Shown here: positions 1-7,796 of the stretch, piece after piece | Position numbering within the stretch: the first letter of the stretch is position 1 | Layout: each line of letters opens with the position of its first letter | Assembly: GCA_046757165.1 (NCBI GenBank) | Contig: JBHHXT010000153.1 | Coordinates: 1-11,787 of the forward strand | DNA from: a bacterium | GTDB taxonomy: Bacteria > Zhuqueibacterota > Zhuqueibacteria > Oceanimicrobiales > Oceanimicrobiaceae | Length of the DNA stretch: 11,787 nucleotides | Direction: 5' to 3' | Notes under the pieces: model-generated | What the model was told of the DNA's origin: nothing | The model's input: only the letters and a program-made list of their open reading frames with translations | The model's database searches: none | Made by a program: the position numbers and the translations under genes

Positions 1-50
1 GAAGATGAGTCTCATCTCGCTCACTCTGTTGCAAAACTGAGTGTTGAACC

Positions 51-686
51 ATGGCCTTGTTCATTTCTCTCCTTTTCGCGACCATTTTGTGCAGTTGTCA
101 AACGCAGCAAAATTCGGAAGGGTCGGTCCTTGATGACGCTGAGAAGATCGCGCGCATCGAGCAACAGCGTCAGGCCAAGGACAAGGTCTTTAAGCAAGAG
201 GTCGAATCTCCACTGCCCGATGGTGACAAGCCTTTGTTCACGGGCCTCGACTACTACCCGGTAGATCTGCGTTATGCCCTGCGTCTGCCGCTGATGAAAT
301 ACGGGCAAAAGGAGATTTTCAAGATTGTAACCAGCACCGGCATGCTCCGGGATGCCGAAAAATACGGCTACTTTGAGCTCGAGCTGCACGGCCAGCTTTG
401 CCAGCTTCAGGTCTATCGGCTCCTGGACATCCAGTCGCAGTACCCGGGCTATCTCTTTGTCCCATTTATGGATGCGACCACCAGCAAAGAGACCTATGCC
501 GGGGGTCGCTATCTCGACTTGCAAGAGAACGAGCTCGGAATCTACGAGCTGGATTTCAATCTGGCGTACAACCCCTCTTGCGCCTACGGCAAAGAGGGGT
601 ACAACTGCCCCATTCCACCCGCAGAAAACTGGCTGCCCGTCGCCATTCGGGCAGGTGAGAAGAATTACGACTCCGGAGATCATTGA
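51..686 (+). CDS. DUF1684 family protein, probable lipoprotein
   Basis: 211-aa ORF with family motifs FMDATTSKETYAGGRYLD, LDFNLAYNPSCAY and CPIPPAENWLPVAIRAGEK. Hydrophobic N-terminus ends in a lipobox-like LCSC. An in-frame TGA at 45-47 fixes the ATG at 51 as the earliest start. Confidence 0.88.
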   Translation: MALFISLLFATILCSCQTQQNSEGSVLDDAEKIARIEQQRQAKDKVFKQEVESPLPDGDKPLFTGLDYYPVDLRYALRLPLMKYGQKEIFKIVTSTGMLRDAEKYGYFELELHGQLCQLQVYRLLDIQSQYPGYLFVPFMDATTSKETYAGGRYLDLQENELGIYELDFNLAYNPSCAYGKEGYNCPIPPAENWLPVAIRAGEKNYDSGDH

Positions 687-737
687 CCCTTCATTCTCGC
701 CGTTCTGACGGCCTGCCGCGCAGCGCCGAGGCCCCAG

Positions 738-768
738 TTTCCCTCCTTGGAGGGGTTAGGGGTGGGTT
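738..768. repeat. REP-like GC-rich palindromic element (CCCTCC-TT-GGAGGG followed by GTTAGGGGTGGG)
   Basis: Perfect 6-bp inverted repeat 741-746/749-754 with a G-rich tail. It resembles the common intergenic CCCTCC..GGAGGGGTTAGGGGTGGG repeat type (recalled, not searched). Single copy in this window. Confidence 0.5.
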
Positions 769-899
769 TTTGCCATGTATTCCCGAATCCACTTTTATCT
801 TTCACATGTCGGGCCGTTTGTTTCAGCCCCAGCGCTTTATCGCCCCGGTATAGGATAAGTTTCGGCCCTCCCCAAATGGTAGGCGTTCCCACAAATGTA

Positions 900-928
900 T
901 TGCAATGAAAATGTTTTAGGCTTATATT
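900..928 (+). promoter_or_regulatory. Putative sigma70 promoter for alaX
   Basis: TTGCAA (900-905), 17-bp spacer, TATATT (923-928), in an AT-rich patch about 50 nt upstream of ATG 981. Confidence 0.55.
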
Positions 929-980
929 CGGTGTTGATATGACGTAAACCGAGCCCTTGCCATAGGATTCGAGAGCACCC

Positions 981-1688
981 ATGACCAACCTGCTCTACCA
1001 CAGTGACAGCTACCTGCGGGAAATCAAGGCCAGGGTCGTGGCCGTTGAAGACGAGGCGGTCATTTTGGAGAAGACCATCTTTTATCCTGGCGGCGGCGGC
1101 CAGCCTGCCGATGAAGGCAAGCTGCTGTGGAGCGGTTACGTCGCGCGCATTCAGAAGCTCAGGAAGGTTGGCGACGCAGTCCACCATTGGCTTAGCGGGC
1201 CCGTGCCCGAGGTCGGCCAGTTCGTGAAGTGTAAGATCGATTGGGACCGGCGCTACTTGCTCATGCGGACCCATACGGCGCTGCACATTCTCTGTGGTGT
1301 CATCTGGCGTGACTTCGGTGCGCGCGTTACCGGAGGCAACATGGAGCCTGGCGCCGGTCGACTCGACTTCGAGCTCGAGTCCATGTCCGCTGATTTTGCG
1401 CAACGCATGGAGGCGCTGATCAACAAGGAAGTCGAAGCTGCCCGGCCCATCCGGGCGGAGATTTTGCCTAGAGAAGAGGCGTTTCAGATTCCGGATTTGA
1501 TCCGCACAAAAATCAATCTCCTGCCCGAAGGCATCGATGAAGTGCGCACGGTGGAGATTGTCGGACTCGATCTGCAGGCGGATGGCGGCACCCACGTGGC
1601 CAACACGCAGGAAGTGGGTCGAATCAGTGTGGTGGAGCACAAAAGCAAGGGCAAGATGAATAAGCGGATTCGAATCACAGTGTCCTAA
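981..1688 (+). CDS. alaX: Free-standing alanyl-tRNA editing protein (AlaX-M type)
   Basis: 235 aa with TIFYPGGGGQPADEG, an HxxxH motif (RTHTALH) and a tRNA_SAD motif (DLQADGGTHVANTQEVG). C-terminus KGKMNKRIRI. Confidence 0.93.
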   Translation: MTNLLYHSDSYLREIKARVVAVEDEAVILEKTIFYPGGGGQPADEGKLLWSGYVARIQKLRKVGDAVHHWLSGPVPEVGQFVKCKIDWDRRYLLMRTHTALHILCGVIWRDFGARVTGGNMEPGAGRLDFELESMSADFAQRMEALINKEVEAARPIRAEILPREEAFQIPDLIRTKINLLPEGIDEVRTVEIVGLDLQADGGTHVANTQEVGRISVVEHKSKGKMNKRIRITVS

Positions 1689-1841
1689 CCCGGACGAGGC
1701 GGAAATCCGAAATCCTAAACTCGAAACTCGAAAAAAAAGTGTGTCACAAAAAAGTCTTGCCCCGACAGTCATTTTAGGAATACAATCAGGACAGTCGGGG
1801 CTTGCCAAAAAGTGACAGAAAAAAACTCGTCAGGGATTAGG
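1684..1841. mobile_element. MITE-like palindromic element, copy 1 (core 1708-1833 shared with copy 2)
   Basis: Imperfect terminal IR CCTAACCCGGACGAG (1684-1698) / CTCGTCAGGGATTAGG (1826-1841). Inner IRs TGTCAC/GTGACA (1742-1747/1812-1817) and GCCCCGACAGTC/GACAGTCGGGGC (1759-1770/1790-1801). Heptamer run at 1702-1733. Near-identical inverted copy at 10305-10429. The repeat is directly seen; mobility is inferred. Confidence 0.7.
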
Positions 1842-2228
1842 GTCGAGATAGATTTCGCCTGTGTTGATTTTTCGACGAAAGTAATTCTTGAGGTAAATCT
1901 TGCACAGCGCCCGCGTGACGGGGAGCAGAAGCGTAAACCCCAGGGCATCGGTGATGAGACCGGGAGTGAGCAGCAGGAGCGCGCCGGCGAGAACGAGCGC
2001 CCCGTCGAGCAAACTGTCGCCGGGCAACTCTCCTTGCGACAATTCTCGTTGGATCCGGGCAAGAATGCCAAACCCTTCTCTGCGGGCGAGCAAGGCGCCG
2101 ACAAAGCCGGTTGCCAGTACAATGGTGATGGTGTTGAGCAGCCCGATTTGTTTGCCCAACTCTATGAGTAGGGCGAGCTCCACCAGTGGGACAACGGTGA
2201 AGAGAATTAGCAGACGAAAGAATAACAT
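1830..2228 (-). CDS. fxsA: FxsA family inner-membrane protein
   Basis: Motifs PLVELALLIELG..IG...T, TGFVGALLARREG and AGALLLLTPGLITDALG. Start placed at ATG 2228 (MLFFRLLILF) rather than 2279 because the family begins directly with the hydrophobic helix. Confidence 0.92.
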   Translation of the reverse strand: MLFFRLLILFTVVPLVELALLIELGKQIGLLNTITIVLATGFVGALLARREGFGILARIQRELSQGELPGDSLLDGALVLAGALLLLTPGLITDALGFTLLLPVTRALCKIYLKNYFRRKINTGEIYLDPNP

Positions 2229-2326
2229 GCTTTCAATTGTGGTTGGTGCGGGGTCGTTCTTGAATTTATCAGAATGCACAGATGGGTGTTTAGGCCACTG
2301 CGTTTAGGATAGAAACTACACTTTTC

Positions 2327-2941
2327 ATGATTCATTTGCAAGCGCTTTCAAACCCACGCTGGCTTCGGCTGGTTTTGGTGCTCCTGTGCGGGGCCGCATG
2401 TGAGTCCCCCTTTTCAACCCGGACTCCGGAGCCGCCGGACGAGGCGGCCTCCAGTTTCATCGAGCCCACTACCCCGGATGACGTTTTCTTGAACATGCAG
2501 ATCGCGTTCAGTGAGCGGAATGGGGAGAACTACATGCGCAGCTTTGTCGACTCTACGCGGTCTGAAAGACGGTTCGAGTTCGTGCCGGACCAGGGGGTCG
2601 CCGCGAGTCAGCCGGGAACATTTTCAAACTGGGACCTGACCGACGAGCGGCGATATTTCGTGCAAATGCTGCAGGCGACCCAGGCGGACTCTTTGATTCG
2701 CCTGAGCTTTGCCACAAAACGTCGAAACGAAACGGCCACCACGGCCCGGTTCACTCAAGACTACACCATCATCGTGCGCCACAGCCGACAAACCGAGCGC
2801 AGCCAGGGCCAGGCTACGGGTCAGGCACGATTTTTCCTGGCAAGCGATGACGATGGCGACTGGGCCATCTACCGCTGGGAGGATTTCAGAACGGACAACG
2901 AGCAGTTGTCCTGGAGCGATTTGAAAGCATTTTTTCAGTGA
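2327..2941 (+). CDS. Hypothetical lipoprotein
   Basis: 204-aa ORF. Signal-like segment RWLRLVLVLLCGAA-C is followed by ESPFSTRTPEPP. C-terminal WAIYRWEDFR...SWSDLKAFF looks protein-like. First gene of a co-directional run. Start codon uncertain. Confidence 0.72.
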   Translation: MIHLQALSNPRWLRLVLVLLCGAACESPFSTRTPEPPDEAASSFIEPTTPDDVFLNMQIAFSERNGENYMRSFVDSTRSERRFEFVPDQGVAASQPGTFSNWDLTDERRYFVQMLQATQADSLIRLSFATKRRNETATTARFTQDYTIIVRHSRQTERSQGQATGQARFFLASDDDGDWAIYRWEDFRTDNEQLSWSDLKAFFQ

Positions 2942-2964
2942 GATGAACTTGCTGAGCAACTGAC

Positions 2965-4068
2965 GTGACTGCATCGAGGAGCCATTTGCCGCGCTGGAAA
3001 GTCAGGCTCTGCTGGACCCTGTTCCTTTCGAGTTTGGTGCTCGGAGCCATGACGCTCCTGGATCGCCACGGGCCCAGATCGAGCTTCGCCGGCCATGAAG
3101 CCGATCTGAGCGACCGGGAGCGCAGGGAATTGCTCAGGTTCAGTCTCTACCGCGTCTTGTTCGACTATGGCATCCGGGTTGAATGGATCAGCGGCGACAG
3201 GTATTACAAGACGGTTCGAATTCCCCGCGACCTGGCCATGGTCGAGCCGTACGCCTCTCTGGTGGCGAGATTCCGGAAGCTGGGGGGGACGTTGCTGAAA
3301 GCAGAGTCCAACCCGTCGGGCAGCAAGAGAGTGATAGAAGTGGGCTTCCACAATGAACCCCTCCTCCAGGTGAAGCTGGTCCAGGATGACCGTATTTCGC
3401 GCGTCAAAGGTCAGATCGCCATTGTCATCGATGATTTTGGCAACTCGTACAAGTCGCATATCCGCGATTTTTTGCACTTGGAGCAAAGAATCACTGTTGG
3501 CGTGTTACCTGGATTGAAGTACTCCGGAGAGATTGCGACGGCCGCCAAGGGCAATGGCCTGGAAGTGATGATTCATATGCCGATGGAGCCGCAGAACGGT
3601 CAGTTCAAATCAGATGACTACATTCTGCTGACAAACATGAGCGAAAAGGAGATTCGCCGCAGGATGAACAAAGCCCTCGAGGCGGTGCCGCACGCCAGCG
3701 GTCTGAACAACCACATGGGATCGCGTGCCACCACCGATGAACGGCTCCTGGCGGCGTTGGTGAGCGAGCTCGAGCGACACCGACTGTTTTTTTTAGACAG
3801 CAAGACCAGCCCGGAATCCCGTGCCTGTGCTGTTGCACGCCGCTTAGATGTGAGCTGCGGCACGAATGATGCGTTCCTGGACGCCATCAAGGAAGAACCG
3901 TTCATTCGCCAGCAGGTGCTGTCCCTTGCGGAGCTGGCCTCCCGGAAAGGGCAGGCCATTGGCATTGCCCACCCCGAAAGAATGACGTTGAAGGTCCTGC
4001 AACAGGAGCTGCCCAAATTGGAGAAACGAGGCTTCCAATTTGTCAGCGTTTCTGAATTTGTCAAGTAA
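2965..4068 (+). CDS. Divergent polysaccharide deacetylase family protein (YibQ-like) with N-terminal membrane anchor and extra domain
   Basis: Motifs IAIVIDDFG, MIHMPMEP, GLNNHMGS, FFLDSKT, FLD and AIGIAHP. Hydrophobic N-terminal helix. The GTG start is uncertain. Confidence 0.9.
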   Translation: MTASRSHLPRWKVRLCWTLFLSSLVLGAMTLLDRHGPRSSFAGHEADLSDRERRELLRFSLYRVLFDYGIRVEWISGDRYYKTVRIPRDLAMVEPYASLVARFRKLGGTLLKAESNPSGSKRVIEVGFHNEPLLQVKLVQDDRISRVKGQIAIVIDDFGNSYKSHIRDFLHLEQRITVGVLPGLKYSGEIATAAKGNGLEVMIHMPMEPQNGQFKSDDYILLTNMSEKEIRRRMNKALEAVPHASGLNNHMGSRATTDERLLAALVSELERHRLFFLDSKTSPESRACAVARRLDVSCGTNDAFLDAIKEEPFIRQQVLSLAELASRKGQAIGIAHPERMTLKVLQQELPKLEKRGFQFVSVSEFVK

Positions 4069-4084
4069 ATAGGAGGTGTCAACC

Positions 4085-4801
4085 ATGATGCGACTGGGCG
4101 TGAACGTCGACCATGTTGCGACCGTGAGAGAGGCGCGCCGGGGCAAGCTGCCCGACCCCAGTGCCGCTGCAATTGCTGCTGAAATGGCCGGCGCCGAGGG
4201 CATCGTCTGTCACTTGCGCGAAGATCGGCGTCACATCAAGGACAAGGACTTGTTCATTCTGAAAGAAATCGTCAAGACCCATCTCAACCTGGAAATGGCG
4301 GCCACCGACGAGATGGTCAGGATCGCGACGGAAGTGGTGCCAGACATGGTGACGCTGGTGCCGGAAAGACGGGAAGAGCTGACCACCGAGGGCGGGCTGG
4401 ATGTGATTTCCAACACCGATTGGATCGAAGAGGTGGTGCGGCAGTTGCGCAACCAGAACATTGTCGTCTCCTTATTTATCGATCCGGATATCGACCAGAT
4501 CAAAGCCGCCGCGCGACTGCAGGCCGACTACGTGGAGCTTCATACCGGACTCTATGCCAACGCCGACGAGCTGGGCGCGGTGATGGATGAGCTGGAGAAA
4601 ATCCGGTCCATGGCCATCGCTGCGGCCAAGCTGGGGTTGGGGGTCAGCGCGGGCCATGGCCTGGACTACCACAACGTGCGCGATATTCTGGAAATCGACC
4701 AGATCGAAGAATTGAATATCGGCCATTCGATTGTGGCCAAGGCGGTCATGATCGGGATGGAGCGCGCTGTGCGAGAAATGTTGCAGATCATCAGAGCGTA
4801 A
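4085..4801 (+). CDS. pdxJ: Pyridoxine 5'-phosphate synthase
   Basis: Motifs [66 protein letters not shown] and [16 protein letters not shown] at 4071-4076 favours ATG 4085. Confidence 0.98.
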   Translation: MMRLGVNVDHVATVREARRGKLPDPSAAAIAAEMAGAEGIVCHLREDRRHIKDKDLFILKEIVKTHLNLEMAATDEMVRIATEVVPDMVTLVPERREELTTEGGLDVISNTDWIEEVVRQLRNQNIVVSLFIDPDIDQIKAAARLQADYVELHTGLYANADELGAVMDELEKIRSMAIAAAKLGLGVSAGHGLDYHNVRDILEIDQIEELNIGHSIVAKAVMIGMERAVREMLQIIRA

Positions 4802-4831
4802 GTGCTATGAGCATGAGAAACATGAGAGCCC

Positions 4832-5818
4832 ATGGCTGAAATTCTGGCACAGGTCATTCGCAACGACCGGGTCGAAAGCATCCACTGTGGCCACATTGTT
4901 GTCGTCACACCTGCCGGGGAGGTTGTTCAGGCGCTCGGTGACAGTCGAATGCGCACTTACATGCGCTCGGCCGCCAAGCCTTTTCAGAGCATGCCCCTGC
5001 TGGAAAGCAGCGTGGTGAAGCAGCTCGGGCTGACCGTCAAAGAGCTGGCCGTGACCATGGCCTCCCACAATGGTGAGGAGTTCCACCTGCAAGCGGTGCG
5101 GAGCCTTCTCGCAAAGGCCGGCCTCGCCGTCGAGGACTTGCGGTGTGGCTTCCACCGTCCGCTGCACCCGCCCTGCGCCGACCAATGGTTGTTGCACGAC
5201 CATAACGAGTCGCCACTTTACAACAACTGCTCCGGCAAACATGCAGGCATGCTCGTGTTGGCGAAAGGTCTCGAAACCCCGCTGGCGACCTATTTGCAGC
5301 CAGTGCACCCGGTGCAGCAGAGAATCCAACACAAGCTTGCTATTTTCTCCGGGGTCCCTGAAGAGGAGATAGAAACCGGCATCGACGGCTGCAGTGCGCC
5401 TGTGTTTTATCTGCCGCTAAAGAACATGGCGCTGGCGTACGCCCGCCTGGCGGAAGGCAAGATTTCGCCGTCGGAACAGGTGTTCAAGATCATGTCTGCC
5501 AATCCGGAGATGGTTGCCGGCAGCGGCCGTTTCGATACCGCGCTCATGCGCATCACCAACGGTCGCATGGTGAGTAAAACGGGTGCGGAGGGAATCCGTT
5601 GCTTAGGAATCCGCGCTGCGCAGCCGCTGGGCATTGCCCTGAAGATCGCCGATGGAAATGCACGGGTTTCAGCCGTCGTCATGCTCGAGGTTCTCAATCA
5701 GTTGCAGTTGATCTTGCCGCAAGAATTCGCACACCTGCACCAGTTTTATCGTCCGACGCTCATCAATTGCGCCGGGATTGAGATTGGCGAGATTCGCGCA
5801 CAGTTCGAGTTGTCCTGA
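4832..5818 (+). CDS. L-asparaginase II (Rhizobium etli-type, class 3)
   Basis: Motifs RSAAKPFQ, ASHNGE, NNCSGKHAGM, DGCSAP and SKTGAEG; 328 aa. Confidence 0.92.
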   Translation: MAEILAQVIRNDRVESIHCGHIVVVTPAGEVVQALGDSRMRTYMRSAAKPFQSMPLLESSVVKQLGLTVKELAVTMASHNGEEFHLQAVRSLLAKAGLAVEDLRCGFHRPLHPPCADQWLLHDHNESPLYNNCSGKHAGMLVLAKGLETPLATYLQPVHPVQQRIQHKLAIFSGVPEEEIETGIDGCSAPVFYLPLKNMALAYARLAEGKISPSEQVFKIMSANPEMVAGSGRFDTALMRITNGRMVSKTGAEGIRCLGIRAAQPLGIALKIADGNARVSAVVMLEVLNQLQLILPQEFAHLHQFYRPTLINCAGIEIGEIRAQFELS

Positions 5819-5876
5819 GGCAGACGAGCCGCAACAGGATTTTTTCTCGAATTGAGCGGTTCCTGACCGGGGGGGC

Positions 5877-5937
5877 GGTGTTCAAGCTTCAGCTTGCCCG
5901 GGTGGTGGTGGGGAAGACACGCTGAAGCGTGAACACC
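5877..5937. repeat. REPIN-like doublet (two inverted REP-like units)
   Basis: GGTGTTCAAGCTTCAGCTTG (5877-5896) pairs with CACGCTGAAGCGTGAACACC (5918-5937). Each unit has its own 5-bp hairpin with a TTCA loop when read in the same sense. Confidence 0.7.
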
Positions 5938-6248
5938 CTTCGGCGTACGCCCAATATTCAGCTTGATATTATGTTCTTCTGTCCAGCGTAAAGTGTGGGT
6001 AACGGTGAGCTTCGAAGCGGGCGGATTTGTGAAGCGTCCAGTATTTAAACTTTTGGTAATAATTTTCTGTGAAACCGGTGACCAGATGTAGAAGTATAAG
6101 TGTTGTTTTGATTTCGCCAAACCTTCCGCATGTCCAGGAGATTCACCGTCTGGGATGGTTGCCTCGGGAAAGGATGATCAATTACACGAATCTTGGTACC
6201 GAACACAGATGCAGATGGCGCTTTGCGTGTAGCTGAAAGGAATTGAAT

Positions 6249-7796
6249 TTGAAAAGGATTCGTAAGGCCGTGGGGGCGTGGAGAACCTCCTTCTATCCAG
6301 CTTTGATCGCATTTTCAATCCTGTCCTATTGCTCTGATGAAAGCCCGGTTCGGCCGGTGCAAACCTTCAAGCCTGAAGTCTCCGATCTGATTGCCCCGGC
6401 TGTCGTTTACAGCAACTCCCCCGCCCGGCATATCATTTCGGTCAAAGTTGCTGACCCCCAGGGTCTGGGAGACATCGATGATGTGAGCTACGAGATCACA
6501 AAGGTCGGGGCGGCCTCCGCCTCCAGCCAGGGGGAGTTATTCGATGATGGCTTTCACGGCGATGTGATTGCAAAAGATGGTCGATTTTCCAACCTGATTC
6601 AAGGCAGCTTTGCACAGGGCGATTCGGGCGCCTATGAGATTGAGGTCACGGCGCGCGACCGGGAGGGGAACGCCAGCGAGTCGCTCAAAGCGCAGGTGTT
6701 CGTGTTGAGGGGCACAGAAAACCTGGCGCCACAAATCTTACAGGTAACGGCGCCTTCGAGTGTTGCCATCGATTCTGCCCACAGTTTCCTTGTGGCGGCA
6801 CAGGTCTCTGACCCTGAAGGCCTGGCGAACAGTCTCAGCGTGACGTACCAATTCTTTCCACCAGAATATGCAACCCCAACTGAGGAAGGTCCCCTGGCCG
6901 ACGACGGCACACAGGGGGACGTCACAGCCGGCGATGGCGTTTTCACCACTAGCTTGCGTTCCAGTTTGTTCACCCGATTAGGAGACCATTTTCTACGCAT
7001 TGAGGCGCAGGACACTCTTGGCAACCGCAGTCCGCCGCAGGTCGTCATCATTGAGGGACGACCACGATTCAGCAACAAGCCGGTGATCGCCGATGTTGGC
7101 GTGCCGCGCATGGTCAATGGCAATGAGACCAGCGAAGTGGTGATCACCGCAGAGGTGACCGATCTCGAGGGGCTCTCGGATATCGACACCGTGCTTTACC
7201 ACTTATTTTTGCCAGATGGCGGAGAAGCGTCAGACAGCCCACGAATCCTTCTGGATGACGGCACCCCATCGGCCTCTGGCGACACCACGGCCGGAGATGG
7301 CGTCTTTAGCAACATTTTCGAGGTGCAAGGCGGAGGAACAGAGCCTATTGTTTACCGGCTTGTGTTCGAAGCAAAGGACAGATCGGCGAGGGCAAGTACG
7401 CAGGTGGTGCGGCAATTTGTCGTGTCGTTTGATGATGCGCCGTTCATTTTGAACCTGGATGCTCCCAGTCTGGTGCGCATCGATCCTGACCGGGACCAGA
7501 AGCTGTTGCTCACGATCGATGCCCGCGATCCGCAAGGTCAGGCGGATATTGTCCTGGTGCAATTCAGGAGTTTCTTGCCCGACGGAAGTGAAGCCAGCAA
7601 CAGTCCCACCGAGTTGTTTGACGATGGTGTCAACGATGTTGGCGATGGCGTCGCCGGCGATGGCATCTACAGCCGCTTCATCTTCCTGCCGTCGCAAGGC
7701 GTCACGCCAGGTGATTTTCGTTTCGTATTTGAAGCCCGGGATCAAACGGGTCTGGGAAGCAATGTGATCGAACATATCTTAACGGTTGTTCAGTAA
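6249..7796 (+). CDS. Probable lipoprotein with four tandem ~120-aa Ig-like repeats carrying DDGxxGDxxAGDGx(F/Y)S ('choice-of-anchor X'-like) motifs
   Basis: DDG motifs start at nt 6543, 6900, 7254 and 7620. Each repeat also has DP(Q/E)G..D(I) and a terminal A(R/Q/K)D motif. Basic n-region, hydrophobic stretch and LSY-C. TTG 6249 is preferred over TTG 6243 from spacing to AAAGGA (6236-6241). Confidence 0.82.
   Translation: MKRIRKAVGAWRTSFYPALIAFSILSYCSDESPVRPVQTFKPEVSDLIAPAVVYSNSPARHIISVKVADPQGLGDIDDVSYEITKVGAASASSQGELFDDGFHGDVIAKDGRFSNLIQGSFAQGDSGAYEIEVTARDREGNASESLKAQVFVLRGTENLAPQILQVTAPSSVAIDSAHSFLVAAQVSDPEGLANSLSVTYQFFPPEYATPTEEGPLADDGTQGDVTAGDGVFTTSLRSSLFTRLGDHFLRIEAQDTLGNRSPPQVVIIEGRPRFSNKPVIADVGVPRMVNGNETSEVVITAEVTDLEGLSDIDTVLYHLFLPDGGEASDSPRILLDDGTPSASGDTTAGDGVFSNIFEVQGGGTEPIVYRLVFEAKDRSARASTQVVRQFVVSFDDAPFILNLDAPSLVRIDPDRDQKLLLTIDARDPQGQADIVLVQFRSFLPDGSEASNSPTELFDDGVNDVGDGVAGDGIYSRFIFLPSQGVTPGDFRFVFEARDQTGLGSNVIEHILTVVQ

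Noticed and set aside
21..683. 220-aa minus-strand ORF
   Set aside because: Antisense shadow of the well-supported DUF1684 gene.
680..988. 102-aa minus-strand ORF in the spacer
   Set aside because: Overlaps both flanking genes and the predicted alaX promoter. Its PTPNPSKEG segment is simply the translated REP-like element.
837..1808. 323-aa minus-strand ORF
   Set aside because: Antisense shadow of alaX that starts inside the repeat element; no recognisable motifs.
1812..2307. Plus-strand ORFs 1812-2171 and 1900-2307
   Set aside because: Antisense shadows of fxsA.
4807..4827. ATGAG repeated three times between pdxJ and the asparaginase gene
   Set aside because: Too short and irregularly spaced to distinguish from chance.
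5746..6120. 124-aa minus-strand ORF
   Set aside because: Runs through the REPIN-like doublet and into the asparaginase 3' end; no family motif and no clear SD.
5940..6240. Possible riboswitch or ncRNA leader ahead of the envelope cassette
   Set aside because: No conserved riboswitch motif was recognisable by eye; an Rfam/Infernal search would be needed.
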